From positions 4,256-68,255 of the forward strand of contig JACOSY010000014.1 in NCBI GenBank assembly GCA_016178595.1: a stretch of 64,000 nt of DNA, written 5' to 3'. Of the stretch, positions 27,006 through 37,633 are shown piece by piece. The notes below the pieces were generated by a model. That model did no database searches. It saw only the letters and a list, made by a program, of their open reading frames with translations, and had not been told where the DNA came from. How positions within the stretch are numbered: position 1 is the stretch's first letter; every line of letters starts with the position of its first letter. Source of the stretch: Ignavibacteria bacterium (lineage in GTDB: Bacteria > Bacteroidota > Ignavibacteria > UBA10030 > SZUA-254). The position numbers and the translations under genes were made by a program.

Positions 27006-29006
27006 ATGATACAAACAAACCTCTTTGATAGCACGAACGTTTTGTTGGACCGCTATCGAAGAGCAGCCGGACGTTCAACTGTTTCGGTTTTTACTCTCTT
27101 GTATCTCTTCGCGGGAGTTGTCGTAATGTCTCCCACGCTGATTGAAGCACAGGATTCGCTCTCGGTGCACGATACGCTTACGACGTCTGAACTCAAGAAG
27201 CGGAGCTTGGAAGAATTAATGGAGATGGATATAACCTCTGTGTCAAAACGGGCTGAACCTTTGTTTGAAGCTGCCGCGGCTGTTTATATTATCACCGCCG
27301 ATGATATCAAACGTTTCGGAGCGAAAAGCATACCGGAGGTACTGCGTCTTGCTCCAAACTTGCAGGTCGCACAAGTTGATTCACGTCAACGGGCAATTAG
27401 TGCACGAGGATTCAACAGTACGACATCCAATAAACTTCTCGTTCTCATCGACGGACGTTCCGTGTATACTCCTCTGTACTCTGGTGTGTTTTGGGATGCA
27501 CAAGATTTGTTCTTGCCGGATATCGAGCGAATCGAAGTCATTGCCGGACCCGGAGCGACACTGTGGGGCGCCAACGCTGTTAATGGCGTCATCAATATCA
27601 TTACCAAAAGTGCGAAAGAGACAAGCTCAAACACGCTGTTGCTTGAAGGTGGCGGCGGAACAGTTGAGCGGTTGTCCGGAGGCCTGCGCTACAGCAGTTC
27701 GATCGGGAGTGCTACTGACTATCGCATGTACGTGAAGTATTTCGACCGGGCGTCATCGAAATTTTCAAACGGGAACGAAGCCCAAGATGCATGGCACATG
27801 ACTCAGGGTGGATTTCGCATGGATGCGGACTTGACGGAAGGTAGCTTGCTGACGTTTCAGGGAGATATGTATGACGGAAAGGTTGACCAGCCAATTAACG
27901 ATGACTTAACTCTCACCGGGGGCAACATTCTCGCACGCTGGACACGATCCTTGGGCGAAAATTCTCAATTCCAACTTCAGTCATATTTCGATTACACGAA
28001 GCGAATCGTTCCCGGCACATTTACAGAGAACCTCGGCACACTTGATATAGACTTCCAGCATCAGTTTTCCCTCTTCTCGGGGAATAATCTTATCTGGGGA
28101 GTTAGCTATCGACGAGCAGATGATCGTGTCGGTAACACACCGGCGCTGGCGTTCTTGCCGCCGGATTTAGTAACCGAACTGTTCACAGGTTTTCTACAGG
28201 ATGAAGTGGCAATGACTCAGGAGGTCAAGCTGACCGTTGGCAGTAAGTTTGAACGTAATGATTTCTCCGGATATGAAATCCAGCCGAGTGCACGCATCGG
28301 ATGGTCAGTTGCCGATCGTCAATTCGTATGGGCTGCAGTTTCCCGTGCAGTGAGAACCCCGAGCAGAATCGATCGGGATTTCTTTGTTCCTAGTAGTCCC
28401 CCGTATTTACTTGTTGGGGGATCCAATTTTACGTCCGAGAAGCTGATTGCATACGAAGTGGGGTACCGAGTCCGGCCTCATCAGGACATCCTGATCAACA
28501 TTTCAACGTTCTACAACGTCTACGACGACCTACGTAGCCTCGAACCCGGTCCTCCATTTGTTTTGCAAAATGGTTTGGAGGGAACCACGTACGGGGCGCT
28601 ATTGGCCGTAAACTCCGACATCACATCCTGGTTACGCACCGGCGTGGGATATTGCTATCTAGAGAAAAAAATTAGTCTAAAGTCAACCAGCAAGGATATA
28701 AACAAAGGGGAGGGGGAAGGGAATGATCCCAAGCATCAACTTAAATTCAGTTCCGTGTTCCGGATTACCGAAAATTTGGAAGCCGATAGTTGGTTGATGT
28801 TTGTGGATAATCTCCCTAGCTCCAGTGCACCGGTCCCGGCGTTTGTTACGCTTGATCTGCGTATCGGCTGGAAACCTGTTGCTGATGTTGAAATTTCCTT
28901 GATCGGTCGGAATCTTTTGGCAGAACGCCACCCGGAATTTGGCGCCCCTGTAAACAGAAAAGAAGTCAGTCGCGAGTTCTTCGGGAGATTGACATGGAGC
29001 CGATAG
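27006..29006 (+). CDS. TonB-dependent receptor
   Basis: SLEELMEMDITSVSK, LVLIDGR, IERIEVIAGPGATLWGANAVNGVINIITK plug motifs. Confidence 0.93.
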   Translation: MIQTNLFDSTNVLLDRYRRAAGRSTVSVFTLLYLFAGVVVMSPTLIEAQDSLSVHDTLTTSELKKRSLEELMEMDITSVSKRAEPLFEAAAAVYIITADDIKRFGAKSIPEVLRLAPNLQVAQVDSRQRAISARGFNSTTSNKLLVLIDGRSVYTPLYSGVFWDAQDLFLPDIERIEVIAGPGATLWGANAVNGVINIITKSAKETSSNTLLLEGGGGTVERLSGGLRYSSSIGSATDYRMYVKYFDRASSKFSNGNEAQDAWHMTQGGFRMDADLTEGSLLTFQGDMYDGKVDQPINDDLTLTGGNILARWTRSLGENSQFQLQSYFDYTKRIVPGTFTENLGTLDIDFQHQFSLFSGNNLIWGVSYRRADDRVGNTPALAFLPPDLVTELFTGFLQDEVAMTQEVKLTVGSKFERNDFSGYEIQPSARIGWSVADRQFVWAAVSRAVRTPSRIDRDFFVPSSPPYLLVGGSNFTSEKLIAYEVGYRVRPHQDILINISTFYNVYDDLRSLEPGPPFVLQNGLEGTTYGALLAVNSDITSWLRTGVGYCYLEKKISLKSTSKDINKGEGEGNDPKHQLKFSSVFRITENLEADSWLMFVDNLPSSSAPVPAFVTLDLRIGWKPVADVEISLIGRNLLAERHPEFGAPVNRKEVSREFFGRLTWSR

Positions 29007-29641
29007 CACAGGCAAGAGGACATCAATTTCGAGATTCATTATCGTTCGCGAGCGTAGACACGTTCTTCCACCTTCTTCGAGGTGTTGGACGGAAGTGTTC
29101 GATTCTCACGCTTACCGTTCTTGTAACTCTCTGTTTATCGCAGTCAGCACTGTCTCAGAGCGATCCCAAAACAGAGTACAAATTCAAAGCGGTCTATCTG
29201 TATAATCTTCTCCAGTTTGTTGAATGGCCCAAAGAGAGCTTTCAAGAAGAGTCTTCACCAATAGTGATTGGTATACTCGGGCAAGATCCGTTCGGGCAGG
29301 TGTTGGATCAAACTGTGCAAAACGAAAAGGTGCAGAATCATGAGATTGTCGTTCGCAGGTTCACCGATCCGGATGAGGTCAAAGAATGTCACCTCTTGTT
29401 TATGTGCAAGTCCGAAAAAGATCGTTTTGTTCAGGTGCTTCGAAAAATGGAAAACCGAAATGTCTTAACTGTCGGCGAAATCGAGGGGTTTGCGGAACAT
29501 GGTGGAGCGGTTAATTTCTATGTCGAAAAAAGTAAGCTCCGCTTTGAGGTCAACACTGCAGCTCTGAAAAAAAATAATTTGAAAGTTAGTTCGAAATTAC
29601 TGCGGTTGACAAGGATCGTGAATTCATCTTCTGAGGAGTAA
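28994..29641 (+). CDS. YfiR family periplasmic protein
   Basis: EYKFKAVYLYNLLQFVEWP, GILGQDPF, LRFEVN and SSKLLRL motifs; true start may lie further downstream. Confidence 0.9.
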   Translation: MEPIAQARGHQFRDSLSFASVDTFFHLLRGVGRKCSILTLTVLVTLCLSQSALSQSDPKTEYKFKAVYLYNLLQFVEWPKESFQEESSPIVIGILGQDPFGQVLDQTVQNEKVQNHEIVVRRFTDPDEVKECHLLFMCKSEKDRFVQVLRKMENRNVLTVGEIEGFAEHGGAVNFYVEKSKLRFEVNTAALKKNNLKVSSKLLRLTRIVNSSSEE

Positions 29642-29642
29642 C

Positions 29643-31547
29643 ATGTTCTCGTTTCAGAAGACACCGTTGAAGGGAAAACTAAAGCTGGTGATGATGTTCA
29701 CCAGTCTTATCTCGATCATCCTGGTCTGTGCAGGATTGTTCGTGTACGAATATTTTGCTGTGCGGCAGGCTCTCACCAATGATCTTATGACAAAAGCCGA
29801 GATTATCGGAGCCAATTGTACCGCGGCGATAGCGTTCGATAATTCTTCAGATGCAAATCAAACGCTTTTGACGCTTACCTCCCAACCGAACATCATTGCT
29901 GCTGCTGTATTCACCAAACAGGGAACACTGTTTGCATCGTATGTCCGCACCGATCTACACCCTTCGTTACCGCAACAGGTAAAAGCCGATGGATACTATT
30001 TTGAACAAGGTAGGTTGGAGCTCTTTCAACCGATCATGGCGAACGATGCGCGAGTCGGAACGATATTTTTGAGTTCAGACCTCGAGAGACTATATGCTCG
30101 CTTCCGCTCATTCAGTCAAATTGTTCTCTTAGTCTTACTCGGTTCATTGGCAGTTGCGTATTTTTCAGCTTCGGCATTGCAAAACCGGATTTCGCGCCCG
30201 ATCCTGGAACTTGTCGAAACAACGAAACAAATTTCAGAACGACGGGATTATTCTCTGCGCGCGCAAAAGAAAACCGAGGATGAGCTTGGTTCCCTCTCGG
30301 ATGCATTTAATACGATGTTGTCACAGATTCAGGAACGCGATGCCAGTTTGAAGCAGGCGAATGAGTCAATGGCGGCAGAAATCACCGAGCGCAAGCGGGC
30401 AGAAGTAGAGTTGCGGGAGAGCGAGGCACGGCTTCAAACGATTGTAGAAAACCTCACCGAAGGGTTAGCTGTTTCCGACCTCGATGGTCAGTTGCTGCAT
30501 TTCAACCGTGCCGCGCTGGACTTGCACGGGTTTGTCAGCCTGGACGAATGTCGCCGCCACCTGGCCGAGTTTGCCGACACATTTGAACTTTCGGCCCCGG
30601 ACGGCACGGTATGGCCGGTGGACCAATGGCCGCTGGCCCGCATCCTGCGTGGCGAGAAGTTGCGCGACTTGGAGGTGTGCATCCGACGCATCCAGGCCGA
30701 CTGGCAGCGAGTCTTCAGTTACGGCGGCACCCTCGTCCATGACGCGAACGGTCAGCCGATGATGGCGGTAGTCACCATCAGTGATATCACCGAGCGGAAG
30801 CTGGCAGAGGAGGAAATCAGCAAACTGAATGCTGAACTTGAACAGCGTGTTCTTGACCGTACGGCACAACTCGAAGTGGCAAACAAGGAGCTGGAATCTT
30901 TCAGCTATTCTGTCTCGCACGATTTGAGAGCGCCGTTGCGAAGCATCGACGGTTTCAGCCAGGCATTATTGGAAGATCACGCAAACACGTTAGACGAAAA
31001 GGGCAAAGACTACCTTAACCGTGTGCGTGCCGCAAGCCAACGCATGGCACAGCTCATTGACGACTTGTTGAATTTGTCTCGTGTAGCCCGTGCTGAAATG
31101 CAAAGTGAGCGAGTCAACCTCAGTGAAATAGCCCGGTCGATGGCAGCGGAATATCGAAAAGCTCATCCCGGCAGGCAAGTAGACTTTCAGATCGAGGAAG
31201 GTATCGTGGCACACGGGGATGCGCGGCTTTTGCGTGTAGTCATTGACAACCTTCTCGGCAATGCCTGGAAGTACACTGGAAAGCATCCGCGGGCAAGAAT
31301 CGAATTCGGTATGATGAACAGCAATGGCGAACATATCTATTTCGTGCGGGACGACGGCGCCGGCTTCGATATGGCGTATGCAGACAAGTTGTTCGGCGCA
31401 TTCCAGCGACTTCATGCAATGACCGAGTTTCCCGGCACGGGCATCGGTCTTACAACTGTCTAACGCATCGTTCATCGACACGGTGGTCGCACCTGGGCTG
31501 AAGCCAAAGTAGAACACGGGGCCACCTTTTACTTCACACTTTCATAG
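29643..31547 (+). pseudogene. Periplasmic-sensor/HAMP/PAS histidine kinase with premature TAA at 31461-31463
   Basis: FSYSVSHDLRAPL H-box; N, G1, F and G2 boxes; after TAA the frame continues RIVHRHGGRTWAEAKVEHGATFYFTLS* to 31547. Confidence 0.85.
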
Positions 31548-31555
31548 GAGGATGT

Positions 31556-32011
31556 ATGACGAACAGAATCATTTTGCTGGTTGAAGATAATCCCGACGAT
31601 GAAGCGCTGACGATCCGTGCACTTAAGCAAAACGACATTGCGAATGAGATCATCGTTGCACGCGACGGAGTGGAAGCGTTGGATTACTTGTTCGGCACCG
31701 GAGCGTATGCTGGCCGTGACCTGAAAAGCATGCCGCAATTGATACTCCTTGATCTGAAACTTCCCAAGGTCGATGGACTGGAGGTCTTGCGTCGTCTGCG
31801 TTCCGACACTCGCACGGCGCTGCTTCCCGTCGTCATCCTTACATCATCGAAGGAGGAGCGGGATCTTGTGAACGGCTATAAACTTGGTGCCAACAGCTAT
31901 ATACGCAAACCTGTGGACTTCGTGCAATTTACCGAAGCTGTCAAACAATTGAAGCTGTATTGGCTCGTCCTGAATGAAAGGCCGCCAATCACGGGAGGGA
32001 ACGTAATATGA
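31556..32011 (+). CDS. Single-domain response regulator (Rcp1-like)
   Basis: LLVEDN, LILLDLKLP, LTSS, GANSYIRKPV. Confidence 0.93.
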   Translation: MTNRIILLVEDNPDDEALTIRALKQNDIANEIIVARDGVEALDYLFGTGAYAGRDLKSMPQLILLDLKLPKVDGLEVLRRLRSDTRTALLPVVILTSSKEERDLVNGYKLGANSYIRKPVDFVQFTEAVKQLKLYWLVLNERPPITGGNVI

Positions 32012-34407
32012 AAAAAACGTTACAGGTATTACTGATAGAGGACAATGAAGACGATGCCGAGCTGATCGTTCGCGAGTTAGAACGTTCGGGATACGACGTA
32101 TCGCCTAAACGTGTCGAGTCAGCGGCGGACTTGAATGCCGCACTTGACGTGCAAGCATGGGATTTCGTGTTTTGCGACTATACCATGCCTCACTTCAAAG
32201 GAACTGATGCGTTGTATATCATCAAGGGGAAGGGTCTGGATATATCGCTCATTTTCGTATCGGGCACGATGGGCGAAGACATCGCAGTCGAAGCGATGAA
32301 AGCCGGCGCCCATGATTATCTCGTCAAAGGCAACCTGAAGAGACTGGTCCCCGTCGTTCAGCGCGAGTTGAGAGAGGCAGAGAACCGGCGTGAAAAGAAG
32401 CAGGCAGAAAATTTGCAAGATGCCGTCTATCGTATCGCTCAAGCAGCAACCGTGTCGCGCAGCCTTGAAGACCTGTACCACGCAGTTCATGAAATTATGA
32501 AGGAAGTGATGGTGGCCGAGAATTTTTACATTGCATTGTATGATGAGAAAGACGACTTACTAAGTTTTCCTTATTTTGCCGACGAGTTCGATGAAGCCGG
32601 ACCTCCGCATAAGCCCGGCAAAGGATTAACGGAATACGTTTTGCGGAGTGGCCAATCGCTGCTGTGTAATAGTACCACGCTCCAAGAGATAATACGTCGT
32701 GGGGAGGCGGAACGGATTGGGGCACCATCTCCAATTTGGCTCGGTGTACCGCTCAAGATCGAGAACAAAACTATCGGCGTAATGGTTGTACAGCATTATT
32801 CCGATGAAAACACCTATGGCGATCGGGAGAAACAAATTCTCGAGTACGTTTCTACCCAGGTTGCAAAAGCAATCGAGCGAAAACTCTCCGAAGAAAAACT
32901 TCGCAAGAGTGAGGAACAATTCCGACTTATCTCCGAAAACGTAGCGGATCTCATCGCAGTGCTCGATCGGGAAGGCCGACGAATATACAGCAGCCCGTCC
33001 TACAAAACTGTACTCAGTGATCCTGAGCAATTACGGGGGACGGACTCTTTTCAAGAAATTATCCCGGACGACCGCGAGAGGATTCGTCAAATATTTTTCG
33101 AGACCGTAAAAACCGGCATAGGCCAGCGTGCAGAATATCGTTTTTTGTTGAAGGATGGAAGCACGCGACAAATTGAATCTCAGGGAAGCGTCATTAAAGA
33201 TCCGGACGGAAAGGTGACGAGCGTGATCGTTGTTTCGCGCGATATAACGGAAAAGAAACAGCTCGAAGCCCAATTCCTTCGTGCGCAGCGGATGGAGAGC
33301 ATCGGCACGCTTGCCGGTGGTATTGCCCACGACCTGAACAACGTGCTCGCACCCATCCTGCTGGTCGTTGAAATCCTCAAGAGGAAATTGTCAGATCAGC
33401 AGAGTCTGCAAATGCTGGATACGCTTGAGAGAAGTGCCCGACGCGGTGCGGACATGGTGAAGCAAGTCCTGACCTTCGCACGCGGCGTGGCAGGCGAGAA
33501 GATGATTCTCCAGCCAAAGCACCTTATTGCAGAGATGCAAAAAATGCTGAAGGAAACGTTCCCGAAGTCGATCATGGTTCATCAAGATGTTGCAAGGGAA
33601 TTGTGGACGGTTTCGGGTGACGCCACGCAGTTGCACCAGGTACTTCTGAATTTGTGTGTCAATGCGAGAGATGCGATGCCCGATGGTGGTATGCTGACGC
33701 TTGCTGCGGAAAACATTTACATCGATGAAAGCTTCGTCCGCATGCACGCAAATGCCACAGTCGGACCCTACGTCATTCTCAGCGTAACAGACAGCGGTAT
33801 GGGTATGCCGCCGGAGGTTAAGGAGAGAATATTCGAACCCTTCTTCACGACGAAGGACGTGGGAAAGGGGACGGGGCTGGGCCTTTCCACGGTCTATAGC
33901 ATCATCAAGAACCATGGAGGTTTTATCGATGTCTATAGTGAAGTTGGGCGTGGAACGACGTTCAAAATATACTTCCCGGCACTGCCTGAAGCAGAAGCTC
34001 GTGAATATGAGCAGGCCGTAGCCGCACTGCCGACAGGGAATGGCGAAATGATTCTTGTGGTGGATGACGAAGCATCCATCAGGGAGATTACTCGTGAAAC
34101 GCTGCAAACCTATGGTTACCGCGTGCTCAGCGCAAGCAACGGTGCCGAAGCTGTCGCTCTGTATGCTCAACGCTCTATCGAGATTGCGTTGGTGGTAACG
34201 GACATGATGATGCCGTACATGGATGGCATGGCAACCATCATTGCGCTGCGGAAAATTAATCCCGCCGTAAAGGTTGTGGTCAGCAGTGGCTTCGCCCCGG
34301 AATCCCGACGAGAAGAAGTGAATCGACTTGGTGTGAAGGCATTCCTCCAGAAACCGTACACGGCAGACCGTCTGTTGCAGACCGTCCATGATGCCTTAGC
34401 CGCATGA
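32008..34407 (+). CDS. Hybrid sensor kinase (REC-GAF-PAS-HisKA-HATPase-REC)
   Basis: LAGGIAHDLNNVL, FEPFFTTK..GKGTGLGL; receiver domains at both ends. Confidence 0.93.
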   Translation: MKKTLQVLLIEDNEDDAELIVRELERSGYDVSPKRVESAADLNAALDVQAWDFVFCDYTMPHFKGTDALYIIKGKGLDISLIFVSGTMGEDIAVEAMKAGAHDYLVKGNLKRLVPVVQRELREAENRREKKQAENLQDAVYRIAQAATVSRSLEDLYHAVHEIMKEVMVAENFYIALYDEKDDLLSFPYFADEFDEAGPPHKPGKGLTEYVLRSGQSLLCNSTTLQEIIRRGEAERIGAPSPIWLGVPLKIENKTIGVMVVQHYSDENTYGDREKQILEYVSTQVAKAIERKLSEEKLRKSEEQFRLISENVADLIAVLDREGRRIYSSPSYKTVLSDPEQLRGTDSFQEIIPDDRERIRQIFFETVKTGIGQRAEYRFLLKDGSTRQIESQGSVIKDPDGKVTSVIVVSRDITEKKQLEAQFLRAQRMESIGTLAGGIAHDLNNVLAPILLVVEILKRKLSDQQSLQMLDTLERSARRGADMVKQVLTFARGVAGEKMILQPKHLIAEMQKMLKETFPKSIMVHQDVARELWTVSGDATQLHQVLLNLCVNARDAMPDGGMLTLAAENIYIDESFVRMHANATVGPYVILSVTDSGMGMPPEVKERIFEPFFTTKDVGKGTGLGLSTVYSIIKNHGGFIDVYSEVGRGTTFKIYFPALPEAEAREYEQAVAALPTGNGEMILVVDDEASIREITRETLQTYGYRVLSASNGAEAVALYAQRSIEIALVVTDMMMPYMDGMATIIALRKINPAVKVVVSSGFAPESRREEVNRLGVKAFLQKPYTADRLLQTVHDALAA

Positions 34408-34543
34408 CAGCGATTCTACTCCCTCCATAGCGCAGTTCACCTGATAGACATCGCAGGTATGAACAAGTAAAACCGCCAATGAATATGCCGCTGTGCGTTC
34501 CCTCACTGCAGTTTGTTTGAGTAAGTGCCCGGCTAGTGCATAC

Positions 34544-34572
34544 TTGGATTCCCACCAAAATTTCTGTACCTT
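34544..34572 (+). promoter_or_regulatory. Promoter candidate for the purF operon
   Basis: TTGGAT-N17-TACCTT. Confidence 0.45.
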
Positions 34573-34608
34573 TATCGTGTTGTTCAGGTATATCTTTCAT
34601 CACTCAGA

Positions 34609-36096
34609 ATGAATTTTGAACACGATAAGCCGCGGGATCACTGCGGCGTCTTCGGTATTTACGGCCATTCCCAGGCAGCGCAACTCACCTATTACGGCCT
34701 CCATGCCTTACAGCATCGGGGGCAAGAGGGATCGGGCATCGTCACGTCGGAATACGATCAGAAGACAGGAAAGCACCGTTTCCACGTTCATAAAGACTTC
34801 GGTCTCGTGAACGATGTTTTCCGGGATGAATCGATCCTCACGAACGCACTCATCGGTCATTCCGCCATCGGTCACAATCGCTATTCAACTGCCGGTGCAG
34901 CCGATAACAAGACGAACATCCAACCGCTTCTCGTCAACTATAAAAACGGCAACATCGCGATTTCCCACAACGGAAACCTGACGAATTTTCGAGCGATTCG
35001 GAAACGTCTTCAGGATGAAGGAACGATCTTTCAGACGACTTCCGACACGGAAATGATCCTTCACCTCATTGCCCGAAGCAAAGAGACGGATCAAATCCGA
35101 CAGATCGTCGATGCGTTGAACCAGGTCGAAGGTGCATTCTCGGTTACAATTCTTACCGACGACAAACTGATTGCCGCTCGCGATCCGTACGGCTGGCGGC
35201 CACTTGCTGTCGGTCGGATAAATGGCGCGTTCGTCGTCGCATCGGAAACATGCGCATTCGATATCATCAATGCAGAGTATGTGTGCGATGTTGAGCCCGG
35301 CGAAGCGCTCGTCTTCGACCGTGATTCACTGATATGTGGAGAGGCGAAATCGTATCGGTTGAAAAAAACAACCGACCGGCCGTTCTACTGCATCTTCGAG
35401 TACATTTATTTCTCCCGGCCGGACAGCAGAGTCTTCGGTGAAAGTGTCGATCGTGTTCGCCGCCAGCTTGGTAAGTCGCTTGCGGAAGAACATCCTACGA
35501 AATCGGAAGATCAGAACGATCGACTCGTCATCATCAATGTGCCCGACTCGAGTAACACGGCAACGCTTGGCTACGTGAGTGAAAACAACAAGCAGGGAAA
35601 CGATAGCAAGTTCGAGATGGGCTTGATCCGCAGTCATTATGTTGGACGCACATTTATTCAGCCGGTACAGGACCGACGTGTGGACAAGGTGAGGACGAAG
35701 TTCAACACCGTCAAGAGCGTCTTGAAGGACAAGGAAGTTGTCGTTGTCGACGACTCCATCGTTCGCGGAACGACGTCGCAGCAGCTTATCAAGCTGATTC
35801 GCGAGGCGGGTGCGAAGAAAATTCACTTCCGAGTCACCTCCCCCCCGATCAAGTATCCCTGCCATTACGGTATGGATTTCCCGAGCAAGGGAGAATTGAT
35901 TGCGAACCGTTGCAGCGGCGACGTAGAGAAGATCCGCTCCGAATTGGGCGCCGACAGTCTCGAATATTTATCGATTGAAAAGCTCTTGGAATCCGTGCCG
36001 AATAATAATAACGCTTCGTACTGCACGGCGTGCTTCAGCGGGCAGTATCCGACAACAGTGGAATCCGATACCTCGAAGGAAGAAAACGAGAATTAA
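34609..36096 (+). CDS. purF: Amidophosphoribosyltransferase
   Basis: CGVFG, LQHRGQE, GHNRYST, CIFEYIYFSRPDS, VDDSIVRGTTS. Confidence 0.97.
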   Translation: MNFEHDKPRDHCGVFGIYGHSQAAQLTYYGLHALQHRGQEGSGIVTSEYDQKTGKHRFHVHKDFGLVNDVFRDESILTNALIGHSAIGHNRYSTAGAADNKTNIQPLLVNYKNGNIAISHNGNLTNFRAIRKRLQDEGTIFQTTSDTEMILHLIARSKETDQIRQIVDALNQVEGAFSVTILTDDKLIAARDPYGWRPLAVGRINGAFVVASETCAFDIINAEYVCDVEPGEALVFDRDSLICGEAKSYRLKKTTDRPFYCIFEYIYFSRPDSRVFGESVDRVRRQLGKSLAEEHPTKSEDQNDRLVIINVPDSSNTATLGYVSENNKQGNDSKFEMGLIRSHYVGRTFIQPVQDRRVDKVRTKFNTVKSVLKDKEVVVVDDSIVRGTTSQQLIKLIREAGAKKIHFRVTSPPIKYPCHYGMDFPSKGELIANRCSGDVEKIRSELGADSLEYLSIEKLLESVPNNNNASYCTACFSGQYPTTVESDTSKEENEN

Positions 36097-36102
36097 GCTG
36101 CA

Positions 36103-36660
36103 ATGGAAGAGCGGATATGGACATTCTCGAATGCGCTCAGCATTGTCCGAGTCTTGCTCGTTGTTCCGATTGCGGTATTTCTTCTCAACAACGATTCCAC
36201 GAATCGAATCTACGCGGCCGGGCTGATCCTTATCGCCGCCCTCACCGATCTGTTCGATGGGATATTGGCGAGGAACCTGGATCAGGTGACGGAGTTCGGC
36301 AAAATCCTCGATCCACTCGCCGACAAGATCGCTGTCGGAGCCGTGACGTTGATTCTCGCTCTTCAAACAAAACTCCCCATGTGGTATCTCATAATGGTTA
36401 TTCTGCGTGACCTCCTGATCTTTCTCGGAGGTCTATACGTGACAAACACGAAGCGTACCGTCCTGCAATCGAACCAGGCTGGGAAGTGGGCAGTCACGAC
36501 TGTTGCGTTCTATCTGCTGCTCGTCGTCATTGATCGGCAAGAGATGAGTGTGGTGACAGATGGATTCCTCGTGATTAGCAGTGCGATGTTATTACTGTCC
36601 TTTGTTCTTTATCTCAAGCGTTTCCTCGGCATCGTAAAGGCAAAAGCAACAAACGTGTAA
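36103..36660 (+). CDS. CDP-alcohol phosphatidyltransferase (PgsA-like)
   Basis: TDLFDGILAR...GKILDPLADK. Confidence 0.92.
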   Translation: MEERIWTFSNALSIVRVLLVVPIAVFLLNNDSTNRIYAAGLILIAALTDLFDGILARNLDQVTEFGKILDPLADKIAVGAVTLILALQTKLPMWYLIMVILRDLLIFLGGLYVTNTKRTVLQSNQAGKWAVTTVAFYLLLVVIDRQEMSVVTDGFLVISSAMLLLSFVLYLKRFLGIVKAKATNV

Positions 36661-36685
36661 GAATTCTCCAATCCGAAATTGAAGC

Positions 36686-37633
36686 ATGGGTTTCTTAGAT
36701 AAGTTTAAATTCAGTCGGTTGAAAGAAAGTCTCGCGAAGACTCGTGAGAGCCTCATGGGAAAAGTCCACCGTCTCCTCGTTGGTAAGACAAAGATCGACG
36801 ATGAACTTCTCGACAATCTGGAAGAAATATTGATCATGGGAGATGTCGGGGTGGCAACAACTACGACGATCATCGACAGCATTCGGAATCGTGTAAAGAA
36901 TGAACGGTGCGAGAATCCTGAAGAACTTGATCGGCTGCTTCGCGATGAAATCCAGAAACTTCTTGTTAATGGTTCGATGACCGGGGATGATCCCTTCGTG
37001 CTTTCGCCGGAACACACGCCGCATGTCGTTATGATCGTTGGTGTGAATGGCGTCGGGAAAACGACGACCATCGGTAAGCTGGCATACAACTACCGGACTG
37101 CTGGAAAGAAAGTCGTCATTGCGGCGGCGGATACGTTCAGGGCGGCGGCGAACGAGCAACTTGAGATTTGGGCGCAGCGTGCACAGGTCGAGATCATTCG
37201 ACAGCTGCACGGAGCTGACCCGGCTGCGGTCGCGTACGATGCACTCATGTCAGCGATGTCATCCAAGGCGGATATCATGATCATTGATACTGCCGGACGT
37301 TTGCACACGAAGGTAAATTTGATGGAGGAATTGAAGAAGATCAAGCGCGTTCTTCAGAAGCTTGATTCAGACGCTCCGCATGAACTGCTTCTGGTTCTCG
37401 ATGCTTCGACAGGGCAAAACGCAATTCAGCAGGCAAAGCAATTCACAGCGGCAGTCGGCATTACCGGACTCGTTCTTACCAAGCTTGATGGTACGGCCAA
37501 AGGTGGTGTAGTTCTTGCCATCAGCAACGAGTTGAATATCCCTGTCAAGTTCATCGGCGTGGGCGAAAAGATTGACGACCTTCAACCCTTTGACCGGAAA
37601 GCATTCGTGGATGCATTATTTGAAAAAGCATAG
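36686..37633 (+). CDS. ftsY: Signal recognition particle receptor FtsY
   Basis: GVNGVGKTTT, DTFRAAA, DTAGRL, TKLDGTAKGG. Confidence 0.97.
   Translation: MGFLDKFKFSRLKESLAKTRESLMGKVHRLLVGKTKIDDELLDNLEEILIMGDVGVATTTTIIDSIRNRVKNERCENPEELDRLLRDEIQKLLVNGSMTGDDPFVLSPEHTPHVVMIVGVNGVGKTTTIGKLAYNYRTAGKKVVIAAADTFRAAANEQLEIWAQRAQVEIIRQLHGADPAAVAYDALMSAMSSKADIMIIDTAGRLHTKVNLMEELKKIKRVLQKLDSDAPHELLLVLDASTGQNAIQQAKQFTAAVGITGLVLTKLDGTAKGGVVLAISNELNIPVKFIGVGEKIDDLQPFDRKAFVDALFEKA

Noticed and set aside
33391-34389. 332-aa minus-strand ORF
   Set aside because: Antisense shadow of the hybrid kinase
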